This document shows, in pieces, positions 42,961-59,379 of a DNA stretch of 64,000 bases. Source of the DNA: Eledone cirrhosa (taxonomy: Eukaryota); NCBI GenBank assembly GCA_964016885.1, contig OZ024743.1:299956001-300020000 (forward strand), read 5' to 3'. Position 1 is the first letter of the stretch. Every line of letters begins with the position of its first letter. Position numbers and translations under genes: made by a program. The notes beneath the pieces are model-generated. The model was not told the origin of the DNA. It saw only the letters and a program-made list of their open reading frames with translations, and did no database searches.

Positions 42961-43412
42961 TATATATATATATGTATATGATGCCCATGGAATAATGCAT
43001 CAGGGTATGTAAATATAGTTATAATATAATCGTATAATACGCATGAAACGCCTGTTTTCGCGTTCAGTGAGGTGTCAACAATCGTACTTAATAAATACTA
43101 TTTTTCGAAGAAGACCTGTTTAATTTAATTACACGACAGTATAAGCCTTTTTAAAATCAGTGATTCAATAATTTATTTTTCTAGCCTGTAGTAATGGTCT
43201 GAAATGATAAGGTTATGCAATGTTAAATATTACGTGCAGTAAATCTGTAAATGCAAAGTAAAATCCATTTATTTATTTATCTATCTCTCTATATCTCTGT
43301 CTTTCTCGCTTTCTCCCATATATATATATATATATATATAATCGGTGTTGGATGCTTAAAGCGTCCGTATGCGGTAGGCCGTATGAGCACTCGATGCTCT
43401 CATAGAGCAGAG

Positions 43413-43670
43413 TATATCACAGAAAAAAGAGAATCAGTGTTGCGACGAAGGGAATGTATTGGACATATATTTATTGGTCTATGTGGTGATCAAACCTGAC
43501 TATAAGAAAATCTGCTTCGTAGAATCGAGACGTATCCGAGGACCGTGCGATTTCAGAGTCATGTTTGATCACCTCATCGATCGTGCCTCCAGCTGGTCGC
43601 CAGAGAAACAATTGTAATATGTCCAATACATTCCCTTTGTCGCAACACCAATTCTCTTTTTTCTGTAATA
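43413..43670. repeat. Inverted repeat (~70 bp arms) with degenerate HHR at 43560-43621 (plus)
   Basis: CATGT-TTGATCA-..-GAAA-CAATTG-TA-ATATG. The right arm ends in (TA)n. Confidence 0.62.
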
Positions 43671-43680
43671 TATATATATA

Positions 43681-43755
<75 letters not shown>

Positions 43756-43941
43756 GCTCAGCTAATGATTCAGACATTTCATTTTGCACTTTAATATCAT
43801 GGAATACACACCGTTAAGTACGTAAAAAAATCAATGTATACAGGCTAATTGGTAAACACACAAAAAGATTTATAAACCATACCAGGGGTTCACAGCTGTT
43901 TTTACTTCCTCCATCACTCTCATATGGAAAACGTTTCCAAC

Positions 43942-45167
43942 GACAACGTGTATAGTAAATATTTAAAACCATAAATTGGAGATGGGAAGATGTGCTGATA
44001 TGTATCTTTCCGAACGGGCGATGCTAAAACGAGCAATACGGAGACCAGGGAAGTTGATTAACGCCGAGATCGAACAGTCGGTGCCAAGGCGAATGAGTTG
44101 TAAATAAGCGAAACTGATGAACATCTAGAACAATCGGTAGGTGCCATGGCGAGCATGTCAGAGCACAACGGCACCGAGGGCCATCACGAACGTACTGTCG
44201 GTCCCAATACGAGTGAGAAAGAGCCCAGCGACTCGGATGGGAGCTGCGAACGATGGGCTGGTGCAAATATAGTGGAGCAGCGTCCAGCGAAGCCAATGGA
44301 CGCCGAGGAAGAAGGGTCGGTGCGAGATAGCGAAGTAGAACGCAGCAAAACCGATAAATCCTGAAAAAGAAAGGTTATTGCCAAGCCGAAAACAATATTT
44401 CATACACCTAACATATATATATATTTTCCTATATTAAATTGTAAATTATTTCAAAGTTACATAATTTTAACTCATTGTATATGTGTGAAGCATAACGTAA
44501 GTGATCGATATAACTTGTGTTCTACTATAATAAGAAATATCCAAATATTTAATTACTCAAAAAACTTAATATATATTTCTTTTTCAAATATCAAATACTC
44601 AGAACTTTATTGAAGCTATATAGAAAACGAAGTTGAGATTGGAAGATGCCAACACTTTTAGTAATAATGGAATATATTTCATTTGATAATCTCCAACGTA
44701 CAGCTTTGCAGCTTACGTAATGTAATCCATAATCTTACGCCATCTGAGATTGATTCTCTTTTTACTTCAGAATCTGTCTTCTGTCGTATAAGGAAATAAA
44801 CTTTTATATGAACAGATAATGCAACATTAATCTTTGTGGGTCTTCCTGTGTAAACATTTATTGGTGTTGTAAAGCAAACAAGATCAGTAAAGTGCTCGTA
44901 GCAACAATACATAAAAAAAGGAAAACTCAAAGATTCCATATCTGAGATTAAAAGCACAGACAACCCACTAGTGAGATACAAACGTAGTCAGAGATCTTTG
45001 TCCCTTGCTCTCAGAATTCATAGAAACTATTTTCTAATTATATACCAAGGAAGTTTAAATTACTTCCTTGTTACCAACACCTCACGCTCTCTTCTTTGCG
45101 TCTATTCGTCTCCTTCTCTAACTCACGCACCCTCACTCTCACTCGCTTTCTCATGTTCCCTCCCGCT

Positions 45168-45247
<80 letters not shown>

Positions 45248-45596
45248 TTATGTTTATATATACATATATGTGTGGAGGGATTAGTTCGTATGGGTTTATC
45301 TGAATTGCTTTGTAGATGTTTAAAATAGAAATAATACAATATATTTTCATTTTAGATTATGGGTCGAGAATTATTGTATGCAGTATATCATTCTTAAAGC
45401 ACTTATTTTAATATCTAACGAAGCATATTAACGGCTGAGTAGACTTATTTGCATATCGAAAACGATAAATGGAAAAGTATGAAACGAAATTTCATTTCTC
45501 ACACTTAGTACGGCTGATACCTAATATAAGTATGTATACGTAGATACATATATGTCTACAGACGCACAGTAGTATGTATATATATATACATACATG

Positions 45597-45667
<71 letters not shown>

Positions 45668-46769
45668 GTATGGGTTTACTGAACATTTATTATAATGTTT
45701 GGTTTGTTTGTGTGTACGTATACATACTTATATTTAGGTATCAGCCGTATGTGATATGTGATATGAGTTCCGTTTTCATCTTTTGGTTATTATATTTAGT
45801 GTTGACACATTTCTTCTAATTTTGTCAACTTGATTTTTGCAATTTTTAAATTCATATAGGGATATACTACTTTATAGATAAACTGCATAAAAAATGTATA
45901 TATTTATTTGTGGAGAATTGAAAATGTTCGGACCCGTTTATATCCATGAGTGTCAACTAATTTTCGGACCACCCGTTGAAACGAGCATCAAACATATGCT
46001 ATAGCCTCAAAGACATCTGAGGCGAAGTAAGTGGAAGTACGGAAGAGAGAACTTAAGGTGTGTTGAGTGATGTGAGCTGAAGTCGGAAGCGATTGGATTT
46101 TGGAAGATATATGTCAAAGTTAAAATTATGGTAGTCGATGGAATCTTTAAGAAGTTGAAAAGCGTCCATTAGATAGAATAAGTAATTTCTAGGGCAAGGT
46201 GGAATGAGTTAAGCCGTTGTATGAATGAAGGGTTTAGCACCGGTACAATAATCTATCTAAGGACCGTATAATTATGCGTGAGTCGTCCGTTGTCACCAAC
46301 CTCCATAGCGCAACTCCAGTATCTTTCTCTACGCTTAAATCTTCAAATGTATCAATATTGGCCAACCCATCACTTTCATCTTTATCTACCAATCTGAATC
46401 CACAGTTTAATAATTCGATTTATCTCTTTCAAATTGAAATCACAACCCTAATGACGCATTTTACTTTATAAAATAGTCCTTCTAAAGCTTAGATGATATT
46501 CAATTGCATTGATATATGGCAGCTGAAATTTAAAACATGTTATTCAATTATATAGAAACGAACATTGTATAATGGTATAAAACATTTCCCTCAACAAACA
46601 ATAATAAACTGAAAACCGAATATTAAACGAAATCTACACTATAGTATTCGTATCTAAAACACATTTACACAGGAAATCTTATATCTGAAACCACAGTCAA
46701 CGAACTGTCAAAAGCTTTCTAATCAATATTTTAAGAACTATTCACAATTAAAACACCTTGTTAGTGACA
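43942..46769 (+). repeat. Local duplication, copy 2 (of 19083-22174)
   Basis: Collinear similarity. Differs mainly around the microsatellite and the 429-bp family insert. Confidence 0.93.
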
Positions 46770-46887
46770 TATTTCACGTAGAAATCAATCTAATCTTGAA
46801 CCATTACTCTAACCACCTCATTACATAACAATTAATTATATGTTGCAGTAAGCGTGGCAAAAGATCATTATTAACAAATAAACAAAA

Positions 46888-47078
46888 GGGCGGTGTATTG
46901 GCAGTATCGGTAGAGAGTTGGGCGCCATGTTTTCTAGCATAGTTACGTCCCTTTACTGTCTAAGTTCAAATCCCGTCGAGGTTAACTTTGCCTTTCATCC
47001 TTATAGGGTCGATATAATAAAGTAGCAGTAATGTACTGGGTAATTGCTGGCCCTGTGCCAAAAGTAGAAACACTTATT
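46888..47078 (+). mobile_element. Full-length SINE with TTATTAACAAATA target duplication
   Basis: A-box TGGCAGTATCGG at 46900 and B-box GTTCAAATCCC at 46964. Confidence 0.92.
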
Positions 47079-48460
47079 AACAAATAACCAATGTTTACAC
47101 TACCTGCTTGATATAGTACCAATATATTTCTGATACCAAATATATAAAGGGGAATATAATTCTAAATACACAGTCTGAAGGAAAGCAATGCGAACATTCT
47201 CCTGAACCATATTGAAATAAGCGATAAAGTATAATTCATTTTCAATATTTTTCAAAATTATTCCGCGAAATGAGGCTTAATCATCTCTTAGTTAGCCTTC
47301 TGTGTACAAATTGTCCTTTCGTAGAATCTCTATTCAGATAAATGTTCCTTGGTAGATTGGAAGTCCACGGCTCAGCTCCTGGCATGTCACAAAAAAAAGA
47401 CGAAAATAAATATGTTAAAGAAGTAATACTTAGTACACGCTTAGTATTGTGACTCGATCTGCTAAACCTAGAATTCGAATCCATCTGAAATCAAGACTGA
47501 TTACATTATATAAGAAGATATTGAATTATGTAGTCCAAAACTCTCCTTAAAAGCGTTGTCACGTCTGGAATTACTTTAAATATATGGATGATATATCAGG
47601 TTTGAGTTAGTGAAACACAAAACAACTGAAAGCAGGAGCTTATCAAATTTGTTTTCCGTCTCCAGCAGTAGACGCAACCAGACTTCCCATGTCTAAATCA
47701 AAATTAAAACATTGATAACTTGGCATGGTGAATTCCTATATGTAACATATCCAAAATACAATAAAGATTAATAACGTTTGTAATGTTTTCTACAGATATT
47801 CCTGCTAAATCGTAGCTGTTTTATGATTAAACAACAATAAGTTTTTAAGTGATAAACTGCGGTAAACTGTAATCTATATTTAATTATTAAACCACTTAAA
47901 CCAATGATAACCTATAAATGTTCATATTCGCTTAAGAAGTGAAGTGTAATTTGCAGCTGTATCCATGCTGCAGCGGGAAATGTGGGAACGTTTCTAAAAT
48001 AACCTTGGATTGGCGAACACTTTCTGATTATAATTTGATAGAAACTGCTTAAATACATTTGGTATATACACATACCATTAGATTGATTCTATATAAAATA
48101 TCTTCACAAATTGATAAAAATAACAATCGAGTTATTAGCACACTTCACCAGCAGACGTTTTTGTTTGAATTTCTATGAAAACGCTACTTATACCTCATCT
48201 CTTAACAATGTTAAAACACCTGAAACATATCAATGTTATATATAAACATTTCACCATTCGATTTCCATCAATGTTAAATGATACTGTGCTGAAGTTCAAT
48301 GCCTCAACGGTGAGATACATAGGGTACACGGTGTTTGATGAAACATAGAGTGATGTCTAAAATGCATAGATATACACTGCAATGGAGTGTAGTACAGCTT
48401 AACACACACACGCACAGACACACACACATACAGACACGCATGCACACACACATATATGTA

Positions 48461-48491
<31 letters not shown>

Positions 48492-48528
48492 TCATATATA
48501 TATATATATATATATAGGTGTGTGTGTG

Positions 48529-48557
<29 letters not shown>

Positions 48558-48563
<6 letters not shown>

Positions 48564-49852
48564 TAAAATAACAGATAAAGTTTAAGCGAAGAATCGCTGC
48601 TTTCACCCTTAACGGGATCTTCTGAAACTAACAAAGTCAATCTGTGAACGCAGAAGTGAATATTTCAAAAAACGTTGCAACCGGAGGAAGACAGGAAGAC
48701 GATACTTTGGTTTGTGGAAACGTTCCCTGGCAAATAACGGGAAAAACGAATATAATACGTCATTATTTGGAGCGGTGAAAAAACAATTGGACGCAAAGAT
48801 AAAACCACGTCTATGGTATAAAAGAAGTCGTAGACTAATATTCTCTTAGGTGGTTCATAGAGACGTTCTCTGGGAATGAACGGAAAAAAACGAAGATAAT
48901 ACGTCATATGTGGACCGTGGAGAACAATTGCACGCAAAGACGAAACCATGTAAATGGTATAACTGAAGTTGTAGCCTAAAATTCTAACTAGGGTCCGAAT
49001 ATACTCGGCTTCAGAGTTAAGAATAAAGTAAATACAATATAGAGGTAATTTAAATTAAATAAATACATACACGCATCCATATACGTACATACACAAGCAT
49101 ATGCGAAAAACTCGCCATTGGTATACAAAAACACGCACATATAAATATGTGTGTGTGTGTGCGTGTGTACAAATAATTAAATAAACGTATATAAATAAAT
49201 AAATACGTATATAACAAGCGCACACACATACCTACATGTAAATACACATATGTTCTGAGACGATCGTCAACCAAAACACGAGGTACACATATACCTACAT
49301 ACGTACGAACCCGCATACTCACACAGACGCAAAACTCACGTATACACATAACCAAAAGCATATGTACCAGAATATATAAAATAGACGCCATAACATATAC
49401 AATCAAAAATACGTACGATAAAGTATACGTACCTTCACAAAAGATACAGGTAATATATACTTACCTATGCAAATAAGTAATGGTATCAATATAACATATA
49501 CCTTGCTACCACATCAAGACGTAAAATATCCGCGCATAGATCGTACTATCCGTTAGGGTATAATGTATTATTAGTCTACGACTTCTTTTATACCATAAAC
49601 GTGGTTTTGTCTTTGCGTGCAATTGTTTTTCACTGCTCCAAATAATGACGTATTATATTCGTTTTTTACCGTTCTTTGCCAGGGAACGTTTCCACGAACC
49701 AAAGTATCGTCTGCCTGTCTTCCTCCGTTTGCAACGTTTTTTGAAATATTCACTTCTGCATTCACAGATTGACTTTGTTAGTTTCAGAAGATCCCGTTAA
49801 GGGTGAAAGCAACGATTCTTTGCTTAAACTTTAATCTGTTATTTTAATAAAT
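48558..49852 (-). mobile_element. Non-coding element with inverted terminal copy (48558-48838 / 49569-49852)
   Basis: About 280 bp reverse-complement match. Same family as 28180-28965. Confidence 0.88.
49780..49830 (+). ncRNA. Type I hammerhead with CAGAAGA core (also 48579-48629 and 28197-28247, minus)
   Basis: AGTTT-CAGAAGA-T CCC GTTAA GGG T-GAAA-GCAA CGATTCT TTGC-TT-AAACT. Confidence 0.68.
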
Positions 49853-49934
49853 ATTTGCTCTACGGTTCTTATATATTTGATATATATTTATCGCTATCGA
49901 GCCTTCTTTGGATTTTATTCTTCAAATTTATTAT

Positions 49935-49991
<57 letters not shown>

Positions 49992-50999
49992 TGTGTGTGT
50001 GGGAAAGTAGAGAAGTGACACTCGAGTTGATATGTATACAAGAAATAGTGAAAAAGACAAAAAACACAGTAGAAAATTCTAAAGGGGTTTTCTCTCACAA
50101 TAACATTAAAACATTTACTTACAAAATAGGGATTTCCGCATTTATTTGTACCGGTTTCAGCTTATATGCTTTTTCACCGACGGAAGTGTATAATGCAATT
50201 AAATTGCATATTAATAAGAATAATAAGTATATGGAAAAAAATGTGTTTTTACATACATATTTAGGAAGAAAAGTTCTATATTATCGTACATAATACCTCT
50301 TCTAACACCTGCTTCATGAAATTACCACATTTCAGGGAAAGCAAACCCAGATCTATGCGCAGAGCTATCCACAAAGAAGGATTGGAAGTACAAGTAGCAC
50401 ACTCCAGCCCTTCACTGCTTGGATACCTGTCTACAAAGCAATCAAGAGACAACAATAATCATATATATATAAACATTTCAGGTTATCAATAATGTATTGA
50501 TAATATATCATCACGTTAGAGTTGAACAGCGTACGTGTAGGTTTGCTCAACGAGTATAAATTATATTCCGGAGAAAATGTAGAAAAGATGAATATAAAAT
50601 GAAAGTGCTTTTATAAAGGAATTTATTAGGTATTAACACATGTTTCTGTAACAGATGGAATACCTATGTATCGCTGCTTGCGTAATCATATAATGTTAGC
50701 AAGTATTCAATAGCAAATGTATAATCAGTTGTCACTTCTTCAGAGATAATGGTTACATTTGAAAAAATCAGAAACATTGAAGTATTTATATTAGTTGTAA
50801 GAAAGGAAGAGGTGAGGGGGTAGTATATGACGGATGGCAATTCAATTTACAGGTAAACAAGTATCTAAAAGGTTTCTAATGAGAATACAATGAGTATATG
50901 GTTTATTTTATCTAAATAAGAATTTTTGGTTAAACCGTTCCCTAAACTATTAAATCAATCCCTAGAAATATTTCCCTTAGGATCTCCCGCCTGTCGTCC

Positions 51000-51975
51000 A
51001 ACCAGAAAAGCTTCAAAGAACATGCTGAATATTATGATGATGCACTTAGGAAGGCTGGACACCTAGATAATATATAGTATATAGTCGACGATCACCAAAA
51101 CACACAAAATAAATCTCATAGTGGTAGAAATAGCATAGAATCACCACCATACATACAGTACCGCACTAGACACACTAATAGTCGCACACCACCAAACAGA
51201 AGGCGATGTAAAGAGTATACATGGTACAACCCGGTCTATAACAAATCTATTAAAACCAATCTACCCTCACAATTCTTTCGATTAGTTAAAAAACACTTTC
51301 CAACATCACATAAATATAATAAAATCTTAAACCCTAACAATATTCGACTTTCATATTCAACCGCCCCTAATATTGAACAATATATAAAAAAGATTAATGC
51401 AAAACGGTTGTATAAACGCCTTCCAACACATAACAATACACGTAAAACATCGGCTATAACATTACAAAACAACAAACAAGATCTCGTCCTACCTAAGCAA
51501 CCTCATCAACCCTTCCATGCCAATACAACAACGCAAAATTATAACTGTAACTGTGTCCAACCAGGAATGTGTCCGTTGAACAATCAGTGTCTTGAACGCA
51601 ACATCATATACAAATGTACTATCGTATCGGATAGCCAGAAGTGGTACTATGTGGGGTCTACAGCAACCTCCTTCAAATATCACCTTTATAGACATCGTTA
51701 CTCAATAAAACATGAAAACCAGCGTTATGTAATAACACTCGCAGACAAGGCTTGGCAGGTGCGCGAAAATAACCAACAATTTAACCTAAGATGTGATATA
51801 ATAGTGTATGCCCCTGCATTCCCACGGACAGGAATTTTGTAAATTGTGTAATATGGAATTATTTTGTATTATGGAATCCAAAAATATTTTATTAAATAAC
51901 AGAATAGAGCGATCGTTATACTGTAAGCATCGCTTGAAATCTACATTTTCATATTACAAACACTACCAGGATTGA
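51000..51975 (+). pseudogene. PLE RT thumb/linker plus GIY-YIG endonuclease, frameshifted
   Basis: YDDALRKAG; WYNPVYNKSIKTNL..F.RLVKKHF; RLSYSTAPN; CNC..CPLNNQCL..IIYKC..YYVGSTATSFK; CKLC..E; LNNR.E..CKH. Confidence 0.9.
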
Positions 51976-52449
51976 ACGCGTGTCTCCATCTCCGTTTGAT
52001 TGTCAAAATACATATTAACCTTCTCTATTAGTCTTAATTCTATCAACTCTTCTATTCTTTACCATTTAATATAAAGTGCTATAGATAAAATGAGATTTCT
52101 TAATTCAATTCCCTAATGCATATACCAACAGGCTACCAGCATTGTTGTTATTCAGTAGCAGTGAAAATCTCCCTCTTCCTTAATTGACACTTTATATCTA
52201 TTAATACTACTAAACCAAACGACCAGCCCTGTCCATTGTTCAATTGGCCAAGTATAGATTAAAATAGGCACTCCAAAAAATTATTATTTTGATAAAACCA
52301 TATACTCATTGTATTCTCATTAGAAACCTTTTAGATACTTGTTTACCAGTAAATTGAATTGCCATCTGTCATTACTATCCCCTCTCCTCTTCCTTTCTTA
52401 CAACTACTATAAATACTTCAACTTTTCAGATTTTTTCCTATGTATCCAA

Positions 52450-52568
52450 TATCTCTGAAGAAGTGACAACTGATTACACATTTGCTATCGAATACTTGCT
52501 AATATTATATGATTATGCAAGCAGCGATACATAGATATTCCGTCTGTTACAGAAACATATGTCAATAC
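52450..52568 (+). ncRNA. Hammerhead motif in the pseudo-LTR with ~90 nt stem II
   Basis: CTGAAGA (52455)-A GTGACA..TGTTAC A-GAAA (52552)-CATATG-TC. Stem I is weak. Confidence 0.6.
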
Positions 52569-52616
52569 CTAATAAATTCCTTTATAAAAGCACTTTCATT
52601 TTATATTCATCTTTTC

Positions 52617-52668
<52 letters not shown>

Positions 52669-53185
52669 TGAGATTCTACAGGACTAGAACTGTTTCATTC
52701 TTTAACACTTCAGGAATCTGGGTATAAAAAAATAAATATGGTATTTATAGGTCTCTACAAGTGGTAGGAGAGGGTGGGGAGTGGGATGGGTGTAGGTCAT
52801 TGGTTGATAGAAAAGGAAATTCATTAAAAGCTGATTCTACAAAGCTAAATTCTTTAAGGTTCTACTGAGTGACAAAGGTTTAGAGAATTCTGTAGACAAA
52901 TTCAAAATATTGAGTGGATATCATACAATTATCTTCAAATTTCTCTTACACTATTCAACTATATGCCAAAAATCAACACACACGTTCATAAACACACTCA
53001 CTCACACACTCACTCACACACTCGCGCGCACCCATAAACACACACACATACACATATACATATATATACACATATATATATATAGATATATATACATGTA
53101 TATATATATATACATATATACATATATATATACATACACACACATACATACACCCATATATATATATATATACACACAGACACAC

Positions 53186-53216
<31 letters not shown>

Positions 53217-53275
53217 TATATACACATATATACATATATACACACATACATACACATATACATACACACACATAC

Positions 53276-53365
<90 letters not shown>

Positions 53366-53420
53366 TATATATATATATACACATATACATACACACATAC
53401 ACATATACATATATATATAT

Positions 53421-55256
<1,836 letters not shown>

Positions 55257-55323
55257 TACACATACATACACATACATACACACACACACACATATATATA
55301 TACACAAACACACACACATACAC

Positions 55324-55372
<49 letters not shown>

Positions 55373-55392
55373 TATATATATATATATATACA

Positions 55393-55625
55393 GACTGAGG
55401 TCAGCTGGACATGCTCACCGACATCCAGAGTTGACATTGCACTCAGTACTCCTTTAGGAGCCCCTACATGGACACACTAGAAGGGGAAGACCAAGGTTAA
55501 CGTATGTTGATGCGCTAAGGAATGACACTGGTCTGTTGGAGATGCAGGACATGGCAGCGATAATGGGGGACAGAGACCGCTGGAGAGAACTCGTCCATGG
55601 ATCTCGGGAAGTTTACCCGCCTTAG
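55393..55625 (+). mobile_element. RTE-type LINE 3' fragment
   Basis: [44 protein letters not shown]. Confidence 0.82.
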
Positions 55626-55657
<32 letters not shown>

Positions 55658-56522
55658 TAAGACAGGGGGGAAGAAAAACTGGCTTCACTTGTGCTTTCAA
55701 CAAATTTATTTTCTTCACAAAATCCAAAAAGAATTTTTTTCCGGATTAGAAACATTTTTGTTTTTTTTCTTAAAAAAATTATTTTATAAATTAAGTTGTT
55801 GGTTGTTGGTTAGGTCTTAGGAGTTCTTGGTTAACGTAGGAGGTATTGTTTCGTTTTTAGAACGACCTTTCACGCTGAGGTGCGCTTGTCAATCTGATGT
55901 GTATGTGGTGTGTTGTTCTATATATAGGGATTTAACATGTACGTGGTGTGGTGGGGGTTTCTTTTCTCCCCTTTAATAAGTGTATGTGTGTAGGTGTGTT
56001 GAAAAAGTGTTAATAGCAGTAATGAGTTTAGACGGTGAGTAGGGTTGGGTGGGGAGAAATGTAGCAAGTGCGGCATGCCCCAGTCATTCTCGAAACATTC
56101 CTTTATTCAGGGGAAAAAAGCTTTTAGTATTCCTTTTGTGTTGAGAATGGTCACAGTCAAATCGCACCTGCCAAGTTTGTAAATAATTATTTTTTTCATA
56201 TTTTCTGAAGAATTTTTCTACGTCAATCCCAAAATTAGTCCTTTGTTCAACACACACATATTTGCGTATATACGTACATACACACACGGGCATATGTAGG
56301 AATATATAGGCACACACCATCAATCACACACCCATGTACAAATACATCCACATACATACACAAGAACATATAGAGACACATATAAAAACAGATATACACA
56401 TACGTACACACACGAATATGTACTCATACCTCTACAAGGGTATATATATATATATAACGGCATTCCTGTCTTAACGACATCACAACTTTCTCCGCTTGGC
56501 CTGTTCCCCCCCTTTTGGAACT

Positions 56523-56560
56523 ATCCCCCGTTGATGGGCGTGAGCCCGAAATATTGGGAT
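56523..56560 (+). ncRNA. Minimal HHR scaffold with mutated core, inside a ~250 bp insert unique to the left palindrome arm
   Basis: ATCCC-CCGTTGA-T GGGC GTGA GCCC-GAAA-TA-TT-GGGAT. Confidence 0.6.
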
Positions 56561-56705
56561 TAAATCTCCACTACGGTAACCCTTCTGCCTTTGTTTTGTT
56601 TTCATCCTTGTCTCTCTCAATTTTCACTTTCACCTGTTTTTCCTATCTATCTTTCACTTCCTACCTCGAGATTTCCCTCTGCATTGTTGTGGCTTTCTTA
56701 ACTAC

Positions 56706-56772
<67 letters not shown>

Positions 56773-57051
56773 CATACATATACATATACACACATATACA
56801 CACATATATATATATATATACACATATATATATATATATACATACATACACATACATACATACACATACATACATATACACACATAAAGATACATAACTA
56901 AATTTACATATATACACATACACGCACACATACACACACACTCACACACACATACACACGTGTATACACACACACACACACACATATACATATGTCCGTA
57001 TATATACCACCGTTCACACATACATGCATACACACACACACATACACACAT

Positions 57052-57081
<30 letters not shown>

Positions 57082-57082
<1 letters not shown>

Positions 57083-58471
57083 AAGAATTCATATCTAGTA
57101 ACATATATATACATACAGATGCATATCAATGCTAGCAAATATATACGTTTTGTCTTAATAACAGTGTGGTTCAATGCATGGGGTTGCAGAACAATAATAT
57201 AAGAGACGTAAAATAAGAAAATTATAAAATTAACTTACTTACTAAAATATCACTTCCAACTAATTAGTTTCTGGAATGGAGTAAATATATTTTCCGAAGA
57301 ATAATATAGAGAAGCATTCCGTCGTCAGAAAAGTCTATTCTCATGTAGGTTTCCAGGCAAAGCGAGGACACTGGAAACTTATTAAAAAATAATTCAGGGG
57401 ATAGGAAATAGCGAAGCGTGGACTGAATTCCAAGCCATTGAGAAAATCACTGCCTCTACGTCTGTGGCAAATTTAAAAAGAATCGAACACGTGACTTCGA
57501 GGTCAATCAGTGGAAAGTGGTTTGCTAATAAGACAGCGGCCTGCCTACAACCGTAGCAGCAGTCATGGCCAATATTGCTCGACAAATAATTTGGAGATAA
57601 TAATAAAGAATTCCTATCTAGTAACACATATATACATACAGATGCATATCAATGCTAGCAAATATATAGGTTTTGTCTTAATAACAGTGTGGTTCAATGC
57701 ATGGGGTTGCAGAACAATAATATAAGAGACGTAAAATAAGAAAATTATAAAATTAACTTACTCACTAAAATATCACTTCCAACTAATTAGTTTCTGGAAT
57801 GGAGTAAATATATTTTTCGAAGAATAATATGGAGAAGCATTCCGTCTTCAGGAAAGTCTATTCTCATGTATTTACTCCATTCCAGAAACTAATTAGTTGG
57901 AAGTGATATTTTAGTGAGTAAGTTAATTTTATAATTTTCTTATTTTACGTCTCTTATATTATTGTTCTGCAACCCCATGCATTGAACCACACTGTTATTA
58001 AGACAAAACCTATATATTTGCTAGCATTGATATGCATCTGTATGTATATATGTGTTACTAGATAGGAATTCTTTATTATTATCTCCAAATTATTTGTCGA
58101 GCAATATTGGCCATGACTGCTGCTACGGTTGTAGGCAGGCCGCTGTCTTATTAGCAAACCACTTTCCACTGATTGACCTCGATGTCACGTGTTCGATTCT
58201 TTTTAGATTTGCCACAGACGTAGAGGCAGTGATTTTCTCAATGGCTTGGAATTCAGTCCACGCTTCGCTATTTCCTATCCACTGAATTATTTTTTAATAA
58301 GTTTCCAGTGTCCTCGCTTTGCCTGGAAACTTACATGAGAATAGACTTTTCTGACGACGGAATGCTTCTCTATATTATTCTTCGGAAAATATATTTACTC
58401 CATTCCAGAAACTAATTAGTTGGAAGTGATATTTTAGTAAGTTAATCTTATAATTTTCTTATTTTACGTCT

Positions 58472-58476
<5 letters not shown>
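57082..58476 (-). mobile_element. Retrozyme-like array, 523-bp unit (1.5 copies), plus inverted copy 57870-58476
   Basis: HHRs at 57252-57334 and 57775-57857 (minus) are exactly 523 bp apart. Confidence 0.9.
58345..58427 (+). ncRNA. Type I hammerhead with long stem II (copies 57252-57334 and 57775-57857 on minus)
   Basis: ACTTTT-CTGACGA-C GGAATG..CATTCC A-GAAA-CTAATTAG-TT-GGAAGT. Confidence 0.82.
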
Positions 58477-58543
<67 letters not shown>

Positions 58544-58637
58544 GAAGTGGATGGATACAGCATCTGAACAGGTGATTATTTAATCATTTTTAAATTTATT
58601 TAGAAAATTGTTTAATAACCGTTTGTTTCGCTACTTT

Positions 58638-58712
<75 letters not shown>

Positions 58713-58909
58713 GTATGTATGTATATATGTGTCTTTATGTGCTCGTGTGTACACATATATATATATGTATATATACATATATGTATGTATGTACTTGTAT
58801 GTGTATGTGTGTGTGTATGTATATATATATATATAGATATATATGTATGTATATGTGTGTATGTGCCTGTATGTATTTATGTGTACATATATGTATATAT
58901 ATATGTATG

Positions 58910-58974
<65 letters not shown>

Positions 58975-59211
58975 GTGTGTATGCCTCTCTCTATGTATGT
59001 ATATATATATATATGTGTATGTGTGTATGTTGATGTGTGTATGCATGTATGTGTGAACGGAGGTATATATACGGTCATATGTATATGTGTGTGTGTGTGT
59101 ATACACGTATGTGTGTGTGTGTGTATGTGTGCGTGTATGTGTATATATGTATAATTAGTTATGTATCTTTATGTGTGTATATGTATGTATGTGTATGTAT
59201 GTATGTGTATG

Positions 59212-59252
<41 letters not shown>

Positions 59253-59297
59253 ATATATATATATATATATGTATATGCGGGTATATGTATATGTATG

Positions 59298-59379
<82 letters not shown>

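Larger units (their letters stand above)
50578..52621 (+). mobile_element. 5'-truncated Penelope-like element with inverted pseudo-LTR (50578-50905 / 52295-52621)
   Basis: About 330 bp inverted arms enclose the decayed coding region. Ends in (TA)n. Confidence 0.92.

Noticed and set aside
46888-46980. tRNA gene from the A/B boxes
   Set aside because: No cloverleaf; it is the SINE head, followed by the SINE core and target duplication.
50140-50185. Minus-strand GTGAAAA-AGC..GCT-GAAA-CCGG-TA
   Set aside because: Resembles the 33053 motif, but position 3 and stem I are broken.
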